Assembly: GCA_964654465.1 (NCBI GenBank)
Contig: CAZZIO010000052.1
Span: 1-10,555 of the forward strand
Length of the DNA: 10,555 bases
Direction: 5' to 3'
From: an uncultured Dictyoglomota bacterium
Lineage (GTDB): Bacteria > Dictyoglomota > Dictyoglomia > Dictyoglomales > Dictyoglomaceae
Positions 7,563 through 10,555 of this stretch are shown here, one piece after another; position 1 is the stretch's first letter, and each line of letters begins with the position of its first letter. The notes beneath the pieces are model-generated. The model worked only from the letters and a program-made list of their open reading frames with translations. It had not been told where the DNA came from and did not search any database. The position numbers and the translations under genes are program-made.

Positions 7563-8332
7563 TTAATAAAAAAAGAAATATAAAGACTTATTATAGACTC
7601 TCCCCAAAATAAAGATATGAATGATCCCGAGATTAGAAAAGGACCAAAAGGTATAGCAGTTTTTAAGTCTTTATTTTTAAATAGCAAAATAAAGACGGAT
7701 ATAACACCTCCTAAAATGTAACTCAAAAATAAAGCTAATAAGGATAGTTTTAATCCAAGAAAACTTCCCAAAAAAAATCCCAACTTTATATCTCCCTGTC
7801 CCATGCCTTCTTCTTTTAATATTAAAAGAGCACCTAAATATATTAAAAGTAATATTCCCCCAAAAACAATGCTTCCTAAAATGCTTTGGTAAATCTTACC
7901 TTCTAATAAAGAGAGAAAAAAACCTATTCCTAAACCAGCAAAAGATAAAACGTCAGGAATCAACATATGTTCGATATCTATAAAAAAGATTGGCAAAAGG
8001 AATGAGAAAAGTATTAATATTTTAAAACAGTGAAAAGACCATCCATATACCCAAAAAGATAGGGCAAAAAATATTGCAGTAAGGGTCTCAACCAAGGGAT
8101 ATCTTATAGAAATCTTTGCTCTACAGTATCTACATTTCCCTTTAAGAAATATATAACTGAAAATAGGTACAAGGTCCTTCGGTGCTAATTTATGATTACA
8201 AGAAGGACAACGAGAAGAAGGAAATAAAATAGATTCTTTTCGAGGAAGTCTATATATCAAAACATTTAAGAAACTACCGACAGCACTCCCCAGCAAAAAA
8301 AACCAGATAGTAAAAAGAATCTTAAATAACAT
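7559..8332 (-). CDS. pilD: Prepilin peptidase / N-methyltransferase (A24A)
   Basis: GSFLNVLIYRLP, two CxxC zinc pairs (CPSC, CRYC), catalytic aspartates in IDIEHMLIPD and GMGQGDIKL, and C-terminal IPFGPFL. Confidence 0.97.
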   Translation of the reverse strand: MLFKILFTIWFFLLGSAVGSFLNVLIYRLPRKESILFPSSRCPSCNHKLAPKDLVPIFSYIFLKGKCRYCRAKISIRYPLVETLTAIFFALSFWVYGWSFHCFKILILFSFLLPIFFIDIEHMLIPDVLSFAGLGIGFFLSLLEGKIYQSILGSIVFGGILLLIYLGALLILKEEGMGQGDIKLGFFLGSFLGLKLSLLALFLSYILGGVISVFILLFKNKDLKTAIPFGPFLISGSFISLFWGESIISLYISFFIK

Positions 8333-8336
8333 TTAT

Positions 8337-10247
8337 TTATCCTCCTATAAGGCTTTTTTTGGTATTTATCTCGTCTGAAAGCTTGTTAATAATGACATTA
8401 AGTTCAAAAACCCCTAAATCTTGATTATGGGTCCTTACACTTACCTTCCTTTCTGCCTTTTCCTTATCCCCTACTATAAAGATATAGGGTATTTTATTAT
8501 TTATAGCCTTTCTAAGCTTATAATTCAACTTGGCTTGATCTAAATCAACTTCTACCCTAAAGTCATTTTCTTTTAAAATCTTAGCAATCTCTAAGGCATA
8601 ATCTTCATGCTTTTCTGATATAGGAAGAATAGCAATTTGAACAGGTGCAAGCCATAAAGGAAATCTTCCACCATATTGTTCTATAAGAATACCTATAAAT
8701 CTTTCATAGGAACCTAATATTGCTCTATGTATCATAACAGGTCTTTTCTTTGTTCCATCAGAAGCATCATAGGTTAAATCAAATCTTTCTGGCAAATTAA
8801 AATCCACTTGAATTGTAGGACCTTGCCATCTTTTTCCAAGTAACCCCCTTAACTTTAAATCAATCTTAGGACCATAAAAAGCACCTTCACCTTCAGCAAC
8901 TTGATAACTAACCCCTACACTCTCTAAAGCATTTTTAAGAGCTATTGTTGCTTTTTCCCATATTTCATCAGATCCAATATATTTTTCGGGTCTCGTAGAA
9001 AGAGTAATTTCATATTCATTTAAGCCAAAACTTTTTAACATAAAAAATACAAAATCTAATACTCTTTTAATCTCATCTTCCAATTGTTCTTCTGTACAGA
9101 AAATATGTGCATCATCCTGAGTAAAACCTCTGGCTCTCTCAAGTCCATATAATACTCCTGATCTTTCATATCTATAAACAGTTCCCATTTCAAAAAATCT
9201 AAGAGGTAAATCCCTATAACTTCTTACAGTAGACCTATATATAAGAACATGTCCTGGACAATTCATAGGTTTTACAGCATAATCTTTTTCGTCTACTTGT
9301 AAAAAAAACATATTTTCTCTATAATTATCCCAATGACCTGATATTTTCCACAAATCAGCTTGCATTAAATGGGGAGTAATAACTGGTAAGTAACCTCTTT
9401 TTAAATGTTCTTTTCTTTCAAATTCTTCAATAATCAGTCTTAATAAAGCTCCTTTTGGTGGATAAAAAATTAAGCCTGGACCAGCTTCTTCAAAGGTATT
9501 AAATATCCCAAGTTCTCTTCCTACTTTTCTATGATCCCTCTTTAATGCTTCCTCCCTTTCTTTTAGGTAATCATTTAATTCTTTCTCAGAAGGAAAAGAT
9601 ATACCATAAATTCGTTGCAACATAGGATTATTTTCATTTCCTTTCCAATAAGCACCAGAAGTACTTAATAACTTTATAGCTTTTACTTTTCCCGTAGAAG
9701 GTAAATGAGGACCCTTACAAAGATCTATAAAATTACCTTGTCTATAAAAAGATATTTTTTCTCCTTCTGGTATTTCCTCAAGAAGCTCTAATTTAAAATT
9801 CTCTTCTAATTCTTCTAATAATTTTCTTGCTTCATCCCTTGTTAACTCTATTCTTTCTATAGGTATATCCTTCTTTATTATCTCCTTCATTCTTTCTTCT
9901 ATTTTTTCTAAATCCTCCTGAGTAAAAGGAGTGTCTTTATAAAAATCATAATAAAACCCATCTTCTATAGCAGGTCCAATTCCTAATTTAACCTCTGGAA
10001 ACAATTCTTTTACTGCATGAGCCAAAATATGAGAAGAAGTATGCCAATAAATACTTTTCCCCTCAGCATCATCCCAATCCACAATTTCCACTACACTACC
10101 AAAAGGAGGAATTATCTTCAGATCAGTTAAAATACCATTAATCCTTGCTCCTAATATTATATCTTCTAAACCTTCTTCCCTTAATGCATCCAGCAAACTG
10201 CCTTTTTTCTCCCAACTTTTATTTTTATATACCATTTTCCAACTCAT
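8337..10247 (-). CDS. thrS: Threonine--tRNA ligase
   Basis: TGS-like N-terminus, editing domain (HTSSH, GPAIEDGFYYD, DLCKGPH), catalytic core (RDHRKVG, KPMNCPGH, YRYE, FTQDDAH, EGAFYGPKID, PVMIHRA..GS.ERF) and anticodon-binding domain (PLWLAPVQ). GGGAGG RBS upstream. Confidence 0.99.
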   Translation of the reverse strand: MSWKMVYKNKSWEKKGSLLDALREEGLEDIILGARINGILTDLKIIPPFGSVVEIVDWDDAEGKSIYWHTSSHILAHAVKELFPEVKLGIGPAIEDGFYYDFYKDTPFTQEDLEKIEERMKEIIKKDIPIERIELTRDEARKLLEELEENFKLELLEEIPEGEKISFYRQGNFIDLCKGPHLPSTGKVKAIKLLSTSGAYWKGNENNPMLQRIYGISFPSEKELNDYLKEREEALKRDHRKVGRELGIFNTFEEAGPGLIFYPPKGALLRLIIEEFERKEHLKRGYLPVITPHLMQADLWKISGHWDNYRENMFFLQVDEKDYAVKPMNCPGHVLIYRSTVRSYRDLPLRFFEMGTVYRYERSGVLYGLERARGFTQDDAHIFCTEEQLEDEIKRVLDFVFFMLKSFGLNEYEITLSTRPEKYIGSDEIWEKATIALKNALESVGVSYQVAEGEGAFYGPKIDLKLRGLLGKRWQGPTIQVDFNLPERFDLTYDASDGTKKRPVMIHRAILGSYERFIGILIEQYGGRFPLWLAPVQIAILPISEKHEDYALEIAKILKENDFRVEVDLDQAKLNYKLRKAINNKIPYIFIVGDKEKAERKVSVRTHNQDLGVFELNVIINKLSDEINTKKSLIGG

Positions 10248-10290
10248 AATATTCCGACCTCCCGTTTAATTTTTCACTATTTATTCTACA

Positions 10291-10327
10291 AATAAAAAAG
10301 CTCTCGTCCCATTAAAGGACGAGAGCT
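10291..10327 (-). terminator. Intrinsic terminator of the thrS T-box leader
   Basis: Minus strand AGCTCTCGTCC-tttaatg-GGACGAGAGCT (11-bp stem) followed by a T-rich tail (TTTTTATTT). The 5' arm overlaps the antiterminator. Confidence 0.93.
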
Positions 10328-10530
10328 CCCGTGGTTCCACCTTAATGGATCTAAAAAAGATCCACTCTTGATCTTTAACGGAATCACCCGTCACTGCTTA
10401 CTTTTCCATTAATGGAATTTCAACAGGAAGCTCCAAGGTGGTTTTCATCTATTTCAGATATGGAAGACTTCCAGCTTCTCGTCTTCCTCTCTGTATATCT
10501 GAAATAGATTACTTTCCTCTTCTTCGCCTT
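10291..10530 (-). promoter_or_regulatory. T-box riboswitch (transcriptional, Thr-specific)
   Basis: Read on the minus strand. Stem I has a GA motif (GCGAAGA...GGAGC), AGUA/GAA loop E, AG box (CAGAGA), apical GCUG loop and specifier loop GAAA-ACC-A (ACC=Thr at 10442-10440). Stem II has a GAA/AGUA loop. Stem IIA carries the CCGUUA F-box. Stem III is GUGGAUC-uuuuuua-GAUCCAU. The T-box sequence is AAGG-UGGAACC-ACG (UGGAACC at 10339-10333), pairing with CGU-CCUU. A terminator follows. Confidence 0.96.
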
Positions 10531-10538
10531 TTCTCTTA

Positions 10539-10555
10539 TGGTGGGCGCGGGTGGG
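10539..10555 (-). tRNA. 3' end of a tRNA, probably tRNA-Val (partial; continues beyond the window)
   Basis: Minus strand reads CCCACC-CGCGCCC-A-CCA: the 3' side of the T arm, the acceptor 3' strand (complement of the GGGCGCG 5' end typical of tRNA-Val), discriminator A and encoded CCA. It is a GC-rich patch in AT-rich DNA. The anticodon is not visible. Confidence 0.7.

Noticed and set aside
2173-8332. Calling the cluster a canonical type II secretion system or Tad system
   Set aside because: Separate PilM and INLLP-bearing PilN, plus an AMIN-containing secretin, point to type IVa pili. There is no fused GspL and no Flp/Tad genes.
7770-9308. A8 homopolymer tracts (pilD about 7770 and about 8295, thrS 9301) as phase-variation sites
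   Set aside because: The tracts are short and expected at this AT content. One lies in essential thrS, and all reading frames are intact.
10291-10510. Multiple inverted repeats as a MITE, CRISPR or novel ncRNA
   Set aside because: All the hairpins are explained by canonical T-box elements (Stems I, II, IIA/B, III, antiterminator and terminator). There are no spaced direct repeats.
10539-10555. tRNA 3' end as an att site of an integrated element
   Set aside because: There is no integrase, second copy or compositional shift in the window, and the adjacent gene is housekeeping thrS.

Overview
This AT-rich bacterial window (roughly 30% GC by eye) has every real gene on the minus strand. In transcription order (right to left) it holds the 3' end of a tRNA (Val-type acceptor stem, encoded CCA), a complete Thr-specific T-box riboswitch (ACC specifier) and thrS. 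Next, only 4 nt later, comes a type IVa pilus/competence cluster: prepilin peptidase pilD, four minor pilins (FimT/GspH-, PilV-, PilW- and a 400-aa PilX-like), a sigma70-like promoter, pilM-pilN-pilO-pilP-like, and a large PilQ-type secretin. The secretin starts at TTG 2171, runs off the left edge and is absent from the ORF track. A T-box plus an outer-membrane secretin at low GC suggests a deep-branching diderm such as Dictyoglomus (inference only). The families are known, but several features are atypical. The secretin has a repeated periplasmic architecture (AMIN-AMIN-N0-N1-N0-N0-N1-...). pilD and the minor pilins appear to be coupled to the tRNA/T-box/thrS transcript. PilM has degenerate nucleotide-binding motifs, PilP is TM-anchored rather than lipidated, and PilX carries a predicted beta-solenoid domain.
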